A stretch of 64,000 bases of DNA from an uncultured Nitrososphaeraceae archaeon (GTDB taxonomy: Archaea > Thermoproteota > Nitrososphaeria > Nitrososphaerales > Nitrososphaeraceae). This document shows, piece by piece, positions 20,698 to 31,071 of the stretch. The stretch lies in NCBI GenBank assembly GCA_963825865.1, contig CAWGVG010000003.1, positions 1 through 64,000 on the forward strand, read 5' to 3'. Both the position numbers and the translations under genes were made by a program. Position 1 is the stretch's first letter; every line of letters begins with the position of its first letter. Below the pieces are notes generated by a model. That model saw nothing but the letters and a program-made list of their open reading frames with translations. It had not been told where the DNA came from and made no database searches.

Positions 20698-21443
20698 ATG
20701 AGTTTCAAGTTTAGCAAAATCAGAATTTTAGAGACTGGGTATAATTCAGGACCATGGAATATGGCTCTTGATGAGGTATTAATGTATGGTGCAAATTATG
20801 ATATACCAATTTTAAGAATTTATGGCTGGCAACCACCAACTGTTTCAATAGGATATTTCAGAGCATGGATGAAGAAGTGGATGTAAAAAAATGTAAACAA
20901 ATGGGATATTGATGTTGTCAGGAGAATAACAGGAGGTGGAGCGGTATTGCATGAGTCTGAATTGACTTATTCATTCATTACAAAGATTTATCCAAAAAAC
21001 ATCATGGAATCTTACAATTTGATATGTGATCCAGTGGTAATGTGCATAAATAAACTTGGCTTTAATGCAAAATTTGCTCCACTAAATGACATAATTGTTG
21101 ATGACAAGAAAGTATCTGGAAATGCTCAAACTAGGAAGAAAAACATACTTCTGCAGCATGGAACGATATTATTAGATGTTAATGTTGAGAAGATGTTTTC
21201 TGTGTTAAAGATTCCATCTGAAAAAATCAAAGACAAGATGATCAACGATGTAAAAGCAAGAGTGATGGGATTGAATAAGACATTTGAACGAGGTAGCGTA
21301 AGATCTAAAAGAATCTTTCAGTGAAAAATTTGGTTCTGAGATTATTGTAGATGATCTAACTATAAAAGAAGACGGAAAAAACCAAAAAGTTGGCTAGTGA
21401 GAAATATGCTTCAGATCCATGGAATTGGAAAAAGAAATTATAA
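20698..21443 (+). CDS. lplA: Lipoate-protein ligase catalytic subunit (LplA/LipM family), frameshifted
   Basis: NMALDE, LRIYGWQPPTVSIGYF, VVRRITGGGAVLH, NDI..KKVSGNAQ, LQHGTI and KYASDPWN, spread over several frames. Confidence 0.9.
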
Positions 21444-21495
21444 TTAGTTCAAAGACTTATTGCCAAGCATTTGGTAGTTATGGAAAGCAGGTATT

Positions 21496-22816
21496 ATGTA
21501 TGATATAATAGTCATAGGAGGAGGTCCTGGCGGTTATGCTTGCGCTATTAGAGCAGCGCAACTTGGTGGCAACGTTTGCCTAATTGAAAAGAATGGACTA
21601 GGTGGAACTTGTACTCAAAGGGGATGTATTCCTACTAAGTATCTTCATTCATTAGGAGATATAATTAGAAGAGCAACTGCAGCAAAGAAAAATGGGTTAA
21701 ATATCCAAATTGAATTGAATTATAAACTTTTAAAGTCAAGGATGGATGCTACAGTTTCTAGACTTGCCTCTGGGATAAAGCTTCTTCTAAAAAGTAATGG
21801 TGTCAATCTACTGGAAGGTGAAGCACATATGATTTCAGAAAATAAAGTGGAAGTTAATGACATCACGATAGAAACAAAAAATATTGTTATCGCTACCGGA
21901 AGCCACCCTGTTTGTTTGCAAGGTTACGAATTTGGAGAAAATATATTATCAACCAGTTCGATTCTAGAATTAGAAGACTTACCCACGTCTATTACTATTA
22001 TTGGAGGCGGGTATAGTGGATGTGAATTTGCTTCTATTCTGAATGCTCTAGGATGCAAGGTATCTTTGATCGAGGCTGAAGATCATCTAATGCCTTTTCA
22101 AATACAAGAAATTGGAAATGCAGTTGAGAAGTATATGAGACTAGATGGTATCAATGTAATGACAAAATCAAGAGTCGAAAAAATTATTGATAACATAGGT
22201 TTTGTTAATGGAGAAAGAGCTTGTAGCAGAAAAGATACTCGTTTGTATAGGGAGAAAACCAAATACAGATCCTAATGAACTAAATGATATTGGTATAAAA
22301 TTCGATCAACAAGGTGTTAGTGTAGATGAAAAAATGCGAACTAACGTTCCCAATGTATATGCAATTGGTGATGTAACTGGTATGTATGAGCTTGCACATG
22401 TTGCATCAAAGCAAGGTGAGGTCGTCGCTGAAAACATAATGGGAATAAATGACAACAAAATTGACTATCAATCTTTACCTGTATGTGTATTCACTTATCC
22501 AGAAGTTGCATTCGTAGGGGATTTAAATGGAAGGTCTGGAGAATTTCCGCTTGCGGCAAGTGCAAAAGCAAATTGTTTGGGAGATACAAGAGGATTTATT
22601 AAGGTCTTTGAGAAGGAAGGAAGACTTGTCGGAACCTATATTATTGCACCACATGCTGGAGAAATAATAGGTGAGGCAGCACTAGCAATCAAAATGAAAC
22701 TAAGTCCTAAAGACGTATTCGATACTATACATGCTCATCCTACTCTTCCAGAGTCATTTGCAGAAGCTGTAAGAGACATTAATAGTGAAGCCATTCATCT
22801 TCCAGCCAGAGATTGA
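21496..22816 (+). CDS. lpdA: Dihydrolipoamide dehydrogenase (GCS L protein), one frameshift near 22215
   Basis: GGGPGGY, GGTCTQRGCIP redox disulfide, YAIGDV and HAHPTLPE. Confidence 0.93.
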
Positions 22817-22918
22817 ATTCGTAAATGCTTTCATCCGTAGTATACTGGTATATAGAGAAAAATAAAAAAACAATTACTATGGATAATTTTGAATTCGATT
22901 ATTCTTGTATTGAAAGTC

Positions 22919-23041
22919 GCTATAGAAGATATTCTTCAGGTACTTGGAATAGATCCTGCTTATGGGAGTTCCAACTTTGGAATCGTAATAACACAGTTTT
23001 CTGATGATGTAGGTACAGGTGTCCTCCATAAGTCCTGTTAA
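22919..23041 (+). pseudogene. Terminase-like nuclease-domain fragment
   Basis: VLGIDPAYGSSNFGIVITQF is an RNase H-fold first strand (GxD) as in terminase C-terminal domains. Isolated fragment. Confidence 0.45.
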
Positions 23042-23804
23042 GAATTTTACCATTTCTGATGCCTTGCTTGCATATGTGAAAACTCACTCTCTTCAAACCA
23101 TTTCTCTACTTGCAAGACCTCATATGATATTAATACTACAGCTTGAGCATAATCAGTTGCCTTTTTTTGTTTTTAAACTCTTTTTCCCTTCTTGTTTAGA
23201 TAAAGCTCAGTATACCCGCATTTGCTGCAAGAATGGAATCGAAAGATAAAATTTGTGGCTCAGTGCCAACGGCTTTTGTGTGTTAAATGAACAGGATGAA
23301 TCATTATCAGGTTTATTGAAATCGATAAACCCGACCTATAACACGCATCAAACTAATAGTTCACTCAGTTAGTTTCTAATATTGGGATGTGCTGTCCGAT
23401 TATAGAGTAATTAATGAGAATGATAAATGATAAATAATGATTAACGGCCTTGCCCCGTTTATACGTGGCTTCATCCAGTAATATTAACAGGAGAAATCAC
23501 TGCAAATAAGCGTCTAACAATTACACATGAGCAAAAATCTGTCTAATAATGGCTACGGCAATAGCATTAGTAAGGTCTTTGTATTGTTACGACCCTTGCT
23601 GATCGGTCCACTAGTGTTATTCTAGCTTTCAAACCTACGAGACTTTCCAAACTATCACATTTGTTATCAATGGAGGGCAGTTTTAACAAGGCTGAAAGGC
23701 AGAGAGAAAGAAAATATTAGCATAGATTAATTAGAACAATGAGACAGCACCATGTTACCCAACTATAATATAGTTACCTACCTATATCTAATATAGATAG
23801 TAGA

Positions 23805-24359
23805 ATGATAACTATAGTAAAGTATTCAGCAATATTAGCAGTAATTGCCATGCTCGTGTTATCACCTTTCATGATGACTATGACGACGGCTTTGGCTGTT
23901 AAGAGTGATGTTGGTAGTAGTAGTATTCATAGTACTAACAATAAACATTTCGATGGTGGTAGCAAACAAATAAAAACTCATACTGTCACGAAAGGCAATA
24001 ATAACAACATAGATAAGCATTTCAATAACAATAACAACAACAATAATTTCAATGATAACTTCAAGCACAACAACAATGATAACTTCAAGTTCAAACACAA
24101 TGACGCTTTTAGATTCAATAATCATAACAATGATAACTTTAGATTTCATAATGACAATCATAACAATAATCATGACAATGTAAAAGTCATTCATAAAACA
24201 GTAGTAGTCCATGACAGAGATAACAATCAGAGAACAATCGTAATTAACAGCAATCTACAAGGCACGTGCTTTGTGACACAATCGCAAGCAGCCAATGTTG
24301 ATAATCTTGTGGCACAACTATTAGATCAATGCGTTAGTGTAACCATAATACAGGGTTAG
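23805..24359 (+). CDS. Secreted Asn/His-rich low-complexity protein
   Basis: Hydrophobic signal peptide ending in ALA, an N/H/D/F repeat core, and a C-terminal domain with two Cys. Confidence 0.8.
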   Translation: MITIVKYSAILAVIAMLVLSPFMMTMTTALAVKSDVGSSSIHSTNNKHFDGGSKQIKTHTVTKGNNNNIDKHFNNNNNNNNFNDNFKHNNNDNFKFKHNDAFRFNNHNNDNFRFHNDNHNNNHDNVKVIHKTVVVHDRDNNQRTIVINSNLQGTCFVTQSQAANVDNLVAQLLDQCVSVTIIQG

Positions 24360-24370
24360 CTCTTCCTACC

Positions 24371-24381
24371 TTTTTTTCTTT
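24371..24381 (+). terminator. Oligo-T archaeal terminator
   Basis: TTTTTTTCTTT starts 12 nt after the stop of the Asn-rich gene. Confidence 0.5.
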
Positions 24382-25307
24382 GCTATTCAAAGAACATTAT
24401 TGAATGATAAAATGAACCAACAACTTTAGAAACTATAATTTCAATGATCCTGCTAGCGATTTATTTCTCACTTTCGACTTGCACCTTTCATCTAATTAAT
24501 ATCTCTATTCTATTGATGAAAGTGATTTTATCTGTTCTATAAATATAATGCAATTTTTGTTAAATTCATTTTTATTTGAAGCAAAATAGTTACGTACAAA
24601 AAGAGATAGAATATGCCATAGAACTTAAGAAGAAATTACCGCAGTCATATAATTTCATTATTCCAGTGAAGCTAGATTTGTGCCAAATTCCAAATAAGGT
24701 ATTGGAGGATTTACAGTACGTTAATCTCTTTCCCTCTAATATTAGTCATTAATATTGGTAAATCGTTAATTAAAAAGCAACTCCCACATATTCTAAACAA
24801 ATGGTGCTGAAAAAGGCCTACTGATTGCGATGTGGATTTTAAAAACCTTAGCGTAAGGGAGATTGACGACAGCTAAATGGTATAGTAATAGAATTAAGGT
24901 TATTTTTTATTGAACACAGAGCTCTATGATTGATTGTAATGTGGTTTTATATACGTCCGCTATGATAAACTATACTAACAGCACATTTGAAAAGTCAAAT
25001 AGGTTTTTCACGATTTAACAAATGTTAACTGGAGATTCTAAAGCCAAAAGGATGAGGCTATTACTATTAACATATAGCAGTACTTAGGTTAGGATTCAGA
25101 AAGAAAAGCTACCAGTATACCTGGAGTATTCTTGCTTAGATTACCCTGACTAAAATCAACAGTTCCGTCATTCCATCGATTTAGTTTCTATCTTGCTATC
25201 AAACTGCCAGTCGAAGGTATAGTTGAGTCCGTCAAGCCTAACCTTCGATTCTCTTTCAAAATTGACTGTAGAAATATTCTGTCCATCAGCTTGATATTTC
25301 ATAATGA

Positions 25308-25415
25308 GTCTTTCTAGTTGATGTATAGTAAGAAATGTTAAGTATGGTTCGATCTTTTGGAGTATCTACTTTTTCTAAATCCTTTTTTATAGAATTATCT
25401 AGATTGTGTATGTTA
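25308..25415 (-). pseudogene. Degenerate tyrosine-integrase C-terminal fragment
   Basis: FYKKDLEKV, then after a frameshift LQKIEPYLTFLTIHQLER. Resembles, from memory, the tail of Nitrososphaeraceae integrases. Confidence 0.35.
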
Positions 25416-25538
25416 TTCAAAGTCGACTAGTCATATAATCTAATAAAGGTTATCTTTTATTGATTGTCTAATTGTTTATTGTCTTTATTGTCATCATACA
25501 GCCAAGACAATACTATAATAGCACATAGTAACTTCTCA

Positions 25539-25742
25539 TGTTATGCGATACATAAGGATTGGTATTATGTCCACCTTCCAAAACTTCTGATCAAAAGACT
25601 GGATCAATTCCTGCAAACACCTAGGGCCAAAAGTATGGGTATGTCAAGTAAACCTGAGCTACTAAGACACGCAATAAATCAATTCCTCGATGAGCAAGAA
25701 GCCTTATACAACAAGATGGATTATGCCGGAGACTTCTCGTAG
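25539..25742 (+). CDS. Ribbon-helix-helix (CopG-like) regulator, probably truncated
   Basis: WYYVHLPKLLIKRLDQFL...MSSKPELLRHAINQFL strand-helix-helix pattern. Start position uncertain. Confidence 0.6.
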   Translation, partial: CYAIHKDWYYVHLPKLLIKRLDQFLQTPRAKSMGMSSKPELLRHAINQFLDEQEALYNKMDYAGDFS

Positions 25743-25933
25743 TGGGGGATAAATGTAACCGTCCAAATTGCAAGTAGGTACTGCTGTCCACCCTCACAAT
25801 GAATTAGAAGGTAAAACAGGTTTTCGAATTTGCTAATTCCTCGACTGCTGATATGAGTAACGTTGGTTTTATGTTACTATATCTGCTGCCTTCCTATTCA
25901 AAAGTCAGGATTAGAAACTCTGAATTCAACAAG

Positions 25934-26002
25934 GCCTATCCCAAAATTATCCTCCCGTATACAACGATACAACAAGCTAAACATACCAGCGCAAGATAGT
26001 AG
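25934..26002 (-). mobile_element. 3' end remnant of an IS5-family element (copy B)
   Basis: GCCTATCCCAAAATTATCCTCC...CAAGCTAAA...GCGCAAGATAGTAG is shared with 5788-5856. Minus strand encodes YLALVCLACCIVVYGRIILG*. Confidence 0.6.
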
Positions 26003-26299
26003 GCTCAGTGTCTTGTTCTTTAAAAGAATTGGAGCTATAAAAGGAGAGAGGGTTGTATTCTACAGGGTAAGTAATTATTATTCAGCTTCTTCTGGGTGGT
26101 AAAAAAGGCTTTTAGAAGAGATATTAAAATTCGGCTTCTCGCAACATAAGAACTAGTAGAAACGTTTAGATTGTTCAGAATTCTTATCGTGTATCAATTA
26201 TGTCATCATTACAGAAAGAAGGATAACTGAGAAGATCCTTGTTTTCCACCAATGGGCCTTGAACTATTTAGGTAGGCTACTCCAAGTATAACAAGCCAA

Positions 26300-27418
26300 T
26301 TGACAATATCTGCTTATATTATAAGCAAACACAATATTAAACAAGCCAATATTTCAGAGCCACTAGCAGTTAGAAAAGAGATGGTGGAAAATCCAGAGGA
26401 GTCGTTATGGGTCCACGCTGATGATCCTGGCAATATTTTTCAATTACAAGACGTTTTTGGTTTACATCCATTAGCAGTAGACGCGATAGTTCACAGACAT
26501 CAACCTTCCAAGATAGAAGAATATGATACATATCTGTTTACAATCATAGATGGAGTGCGATATGAAGAACAAAAAGGTGGCAAAGCAAAAGGAGGAGAAG
26601 ATAGTGGCAGTGAAAATGATGGCTATGTTGATAGTAATCTTGAAGAAGATGACCTGTATATATTTTTAGAGCGAAGATGGATAATTACCATAAATTTCCA
26701 CAATCAGCAATTTCAGGCCAATATTAAACAAAGGATCAGTAGAAGTTTGTTATCATCTCATCTATCTCCATTACCATTATCAGAACAACATAAAAGACAA
26801 CCATCATCTTCCACCCAAAAGAGTGATGCCATGGACGAGAGTATAGGAGTATGTGAAATAGTATATCGTTTTGCAATAGAAGAAGTTATTTCAAGTTATT
26901 ATCCCATAATAGACAAGATCAATACTCGACTAGAGCAAATTGAAGACTATGTTATACTTGAAAAACCCACAAAGTCAGAACTATCAGATATACTTTTGAT
27001 TCGAAGAAAACTAAGTTTTCTTGAAAGTACTCTTGCGATGATAACACGCGCATTCGTAGACATTATCAACGGGGTCGTACAAGCTAAGCTTAGCAACGAT
27101 TCTATGAGACAGATTCGCTCAATAAATGATAGAGTAGCATATTTAGAAAACAGTGTGGAGAATATGCATCAGAGAGTTATTAACTTGCGTGAAGCCTACA
27201 ACTCGTCTTTGAGCGCAAACCTGAATGAAACAATCAGAACACTCACACTCATTGCCACAATTATTCTTCCTCTTACCTTGATAACTGGTATCTATGGTAT
27301 GAATTTTGATGTCATGCCAGAGCTTCATTCACCATTAGGATATTACTATGCTTTATCATCGATGGCAGCGGTAGCAGGAGGTATGATCATATATTTTAGG
27401 AAGAAAAAATGGATTTGA
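26300..27418 (+). CDS. corA: CorA-family Mg2+/Co2+ transporter
   Basis: FGLHPLA, PLTLITGIYGMNF.MPEL signature and two C-terminal TM helices. Confidence 0.95.
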   Translation: MTISAYIISKHNIKQANISEPLAVRKEMVENPEESLWVHADDPGNIFQLQDVFGLHPLAVDAIVHRHQPSKIEEYDTYLFTIIDGVRYEEQKGGKAKGGEDSGSENDGYVDSNLEEDDLYIFLERRWIITINFHNQQFQANIKQRISRSLLSSHLSPLPLSEQHKRQPSSSTQKSDAMDESIGVCEIVYRFAIEEVISSYYPIIDKINTRLEQIEDYVILEKPTKSELSDILLIRRKLSFLESTLAMITRAFVDIINGVVQAKLSNDSMRQIRSINDRVAYLENSVENMHQRVINLREAYNSSLSANLNETIRTLTLIATIILPLTLITGIYGMNFDVMPELHSPLGYYYALSSMAAVAGGMIIYFRKKKWI

Positions 27419-27679
27419 AGCGTGCGTGGTGGAATGTGTGATTTATTATTCCATCACTTTATTGCCAAGATTTTTATTGTTCGAATTTGTCTCATACCCC
27501 GCTCATTAAAGCTAATACTTGGAAGTGATGCGTTGGGAGTTGTAGCGTATGGGTACTGTCCTGTAACGGTGACAAAGAAATGCAGAGCTAAGACAAAAGG
27601 ACGACAAGTTTGTAAAAATAGAGCCGAGTGAAAAGAAGATTTTGCAGTTCAATCCTGAGAAAATTGAACAAGTAGAAGG

Positions 27680-27830
27680 GTAGGTCAAATAAACCCACCC
27701 TTTCAATTTGTGCGGTAGATAATACGGTCTCGACAACTATTGAAACATCTTCGTTTGAAATATAATTTCTACCTGTTAATAGCGCATGCCCTTTAGCCAA
27801 ATTCAAAAGTACGGTTATCATCCTTGATCA
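27680..27830 (-). pseudogene. AAA+ (MCM-like) helicase lid fragment
   Basis: SRMITVLLNLAKGHALLTGRNYISNEDV fits the sensor-2/lid pattern R..L..LA.A.A.L.GR..V...D. Confidence 0.5.
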
Positions 27831-28167
27831 TGGTAACATCTCTTTGGTTCAAGTGCACAATTATTCCATTGAAATTGTCAGCCCAAAATGAGCAATGCAA
27901 ACATTCTGCATCCCAGCTCGGATCAAACATAAAGTGATAGACTATTAGTTGGCTTCTTCCATCAAAAAGCTCTGACAGAGATTCTTTCCCGTTCGGTCCC
28001 TCAAAGAGATACTCTTTATTAACTGCTACCCAAGGAAGATCGCGTCGCTGCCGGCTAAGATCGTTGCGCAAGATTGTAAACTCTTTTTCCTTCTTGAGCA
28101 GCGCCTTTCAAGCTTCGAGCCATTCGTCATTGGAAACAACTTTGTGATCTTCTAAAGATCCAGTCAT
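27830..28167 (-). pseudogene. DUF899 (thioredoxin-like) protein with in-frame stop and 3' truncation
   Basis: HKVVSNDEWLEA*KALLKKEKEFT..RRDLPWV.V.KEY.FEG..SL.ELFDGRSQLIVYHFMF..CLHCSFWAD. Confidence 0.85.
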
Positions 28168-28169
28168 TA

Positions 28170-28467
28170 TTTTCTCTTCCTCTTTGCTCTCTTTGTTTTC
28201 AATGTATTCCTTCAATGAGCTCACTTTATAATCGTACATATCATCGAAGAATCGTACCAGCTCTGATGTCGTCTTCCTGTTCAATGAATAGAATCGATTT
28301 TGTCCCTTTCTGATTTCAGTTATCAAGTCTGTATCTTTTAATATGCGTAAATGAGATGATAGCGCAGGAAGTGTAAAGTTAAAGTGTTCAGCTATTTCAG
28401 TTGGTATCATTTCCTTATTTTTAAGCAATAACGCTATCTGAAAAAGGTAAAGGTTTGACGGGATCAT
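28170..28467 (-). pseudogene. ArsR-family regulator, N-terminally damaged
   Basis: TEIAEHFNFTLPALSSHLRILKDTDLITEIRKGQNRFYSLN. Confidence 0.8.
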
Positions 28468-29069
28468 TGTGTTCGCTCACTGCTATTATAAGTGCCTTCT
28501 AAGTTGACCATCTATGACCACATTTAAGACAACGGTATTCAAAACCAGCCTTATCTTTTGAGTCAGTAGCTACTACCTTGTTGTCTTTACAAAGTGGACA
28601 ATCCATTTATCCTTCTATATCTAACTGCAGGTACTTAAGGCCATCCATGGTTCTCTTGTGTTTTGCACAAGACATGTCTGTGCTACTTGATCTTATGATA
28701 TTAAGAGACATTTTTCAACAAAACCTGATAACTAGAGACAAATTGCATGTTGCTTGACGAGTCTAAACATGGTGGACTATTTGGTTGAGTAGGCAAGCAT
28801 GAGAGAAAGTTGCCGGAAATGATTCAGATGGTCAAGTTAGGAGAACAGCCCTTGAGAATATTAGAAAGGTAAAGAAAGAGAGAAAAAACAACCTCCCATG
28901 TGCATGATAACAGTATTCCAGGACCGACCTTATTCTACTGAGATTGTTGAAAGCTCAAAAGAGATATCACAACAGTATGTCTTTTTGGCTAAATCTAATC
29001 TGCCATATTGTTATTATTAGATTGACCTTCTAAGACTGAAAGGCAGTGACCGGTATGATAAAAGGCGAA

Positions 29070-29561
29070 CTAAAAGCCATTTGGACTAGTCACAAAATGG
29101 AATTGCCTTTCCATCGTAACAAGGGGAAATCCCCAGATGTATGCAAGTATAGCTACATCTTCTGGATTGTTTGAGGATGAAAGCTGTGCCATCTTTATGT
29201 TCAGTTCTTCACTTTGAGCTGGAGAGCCAGCTACTGGTAAAACAGCAGGAGCAGCAGCCTGGACTCCAGGCAAAGTTTGCACAACACTGAAAGATCCTGA
29301 AAAACATAGGCCAACTATGGACAACAAATTGATCGCGGGCCTTGCTATTTTTATAATACTATCAATCACAAAACGTATTTTAACGCCCCCATTATCATCA
29401 TCAGCGGTTACAAAAAAAAAGACAAGTGAATTAGTTACTAAATCAGAACCATCTATTCCAACCAACACTTTGGATATTGTTATTTTTTGACTAGCAGTGG
29501 TAGTAGGTGTTGTAGTTGTAGTCGACATGTATGTATTTTTGGTAAAAAAAGCTCTATTCAT
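29070..29561 (-). pseudogene. Chimeric ORF: universal-stress-protein N-terminus joined to a DUF1254-like N-terminus
   Basis: ISKVLVGIDGS (USP strand 1) followed by a signal-like segment and LAYIWGFPLVTM (DUF1254-like). Both parts are truncated. Confidence 0.5.
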
Positions 29562-29712
29562 ATCCTAAAATGATCATACTTTCAGATCTTAGTTCTTACG
29601 CACTCCACAGACGGCCCAATCACGAGCGACGAGATGAATAGACCCATCAGGAGCGATGGGAAGTGTTAGCCGAATATGATGTACTGTACTAACTGTTCCG
29701 TTAATACAGTTA

Positions 29713-31071
29713 TTATTTACTTTTCTCTGGTTGCTGAGGATTAATCCCTTTCATAGATTTATGTATCATTCTGACAAAAACAAACATTGCCGCAACTACA
29801 AACCAGCCAGATATACCAAATGAATACTTTAATATTTGTGCTAAGGATATCGACCAAATATGTTGCTGAAAAGAAGATGAAAAAGACTCCTGGGTTAGAA
29901 TAAAATCTCCAGCTGCACGCATAGCTAAAGATAGAATTAGAAAAAGTACAGGAATTTTATCGAAATTTAAAAAATTAATTGTTTTACCGATTATGGGTGG
30001 AAGCATAAGTGGCAAATACAACGCAATGGTAATTCCAATAAATCCTATAGCAATACTGTGAATTGCAAGGTCATAAAAAATAATGCGATATTGTTGCTGT
30101 TCTAGCAAAGCTACAAAATTAAACAAAATAGCCATAATAATGCCTATAAAAAGAAACAGAAATGATATTCTAATATGTAGAGTTGTAAAGTTATATCGAG
30201 CTTTCTTCTCTCCTTGAATAAGCCGTAGAATCTCTGTATTATCAAATCCGCCAAATATGTAAACTGAAACGGCAAATATTAGTGCGGACACAAGTAATAA
30301 GGTATTAAAAATTAAAGGAAGAAACCAAATATCTATAAATAAGATTGATGTAATACCTAAAGCTATACTGCTAGAAGTGAGAACTAAAGAAGAAATACCT
30401 GCTATCTTTCTTGGCCGTATAAATCCAAGAAAAGATGGCAATGTTTTATACTCAATTCCATATATCATAATTATAGGAAAGAGTAGCCATAATTCAATGT
30501 ACGTTAACGAATTAACTGCCGTATCGGTGACGATGCTATGTCTATATTCTGTTAGAGATACTAGTTCAATTGCATTAACAATTAGTAAAGTAATAACCGA
30601 AAGTGCAATAAAATAATCTGATATCCGTAAAAGCTTTGGTTTTACTCTTAGTGTCACTAAAATAAGAATTATAAAAACAATCAGTCCGGCAAGCCTCAAA
30701 GTCATAATCATGGCCCATATTGAAAAACCATAATTATCCTGTGTTATTTGTACCACGATTAATTGGAATATCAAAGAAATAAGCACAAGAAAGAATGATA
30801 AATAAGCAAATTTTACAGACGGAAGCTGAATATTTCTAAACCTTGGAACTATCATATATCCTATGCCCATTATAAGCAACATTAGAAAGCCGTTCATCTG
30901 TAGTATTTTATGCTGTTGGAATAATTTACCGAACCATTGTGGTAAGTCTATGCCAAACATTGTCATCATCCATATAGATCCAATTGATGATCCAATAAAC
31001 AGAAGGATTACAGCTGTAACTATGAATGGTTTGCTCACATAGCTTTTTTTGATAGTAGTAATGTTAGCCAA
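29713..31071 (-). CDS. NnrS-like polytopic membrane protein (haem-copper oxidase-related)
   Basis: About 12 TM helices. HKILQMNGFLMLLIMGIGYMIVPRF and DLAIHSIAIGFIGITI..LP..LP His motifs. Confidence 0.7.
   Translation of the reverse strand: MANITTIKKSYVSKPFIVTAVILLFIGSSIGSIWMMTMFGIDLPQWFGKLFQQHKILQMNGFLMLLIMGIGYMIVPRFRNIQLPSVKFAYLSFFLVLISLIFQLIVVQITQDNYGFSIWAMIMTLRLAGLIVFIILILVTLRVKPKLLRISDYFIALSVITLLIVNAIELVSLTEYRHSIVTDTAVNSLTYIELWLLFPIIMIYGIEYKTLPSFLGFIRPRKIAGISSLVLTSSSIALGITSILFIDIWFLPLIFNTLLLVSALIFAVSVYIFGGFDNTEILRLIQGEKKARYNFTTLHIRISFLFLFIGIIMAILFNFVALLEQQQYRIIFYDLAIHSIAIGFIGITIALYLPLMLPPIIGKTINFLNFDKIPVLFLILSLAMRAAGDFILTQESFSSSFQQHIWSISLAQILKYSFGISGWFVVAAMFVFVRMIHKSMKGINPQQPEKSK

Noticed and set aside
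1567-22816. Complete reductive glycine pathway
   Set aside because: No formate-THF ligase, FolD or GlyA is in the window, so the direction of flux cannot be inferred.
26560-26830. Low-complexity insertions in CorA as an intein or new domain
   Set aside because: Short G/E/S-rich loops without intein splice motifs.
28108-28110. In-frame TGA in the DUF899 gene as selenocysteine
   Set aside because: It falls at a position that is normally Arg (WLEARKALL; CGA to TGA), and the gene is also truncated.
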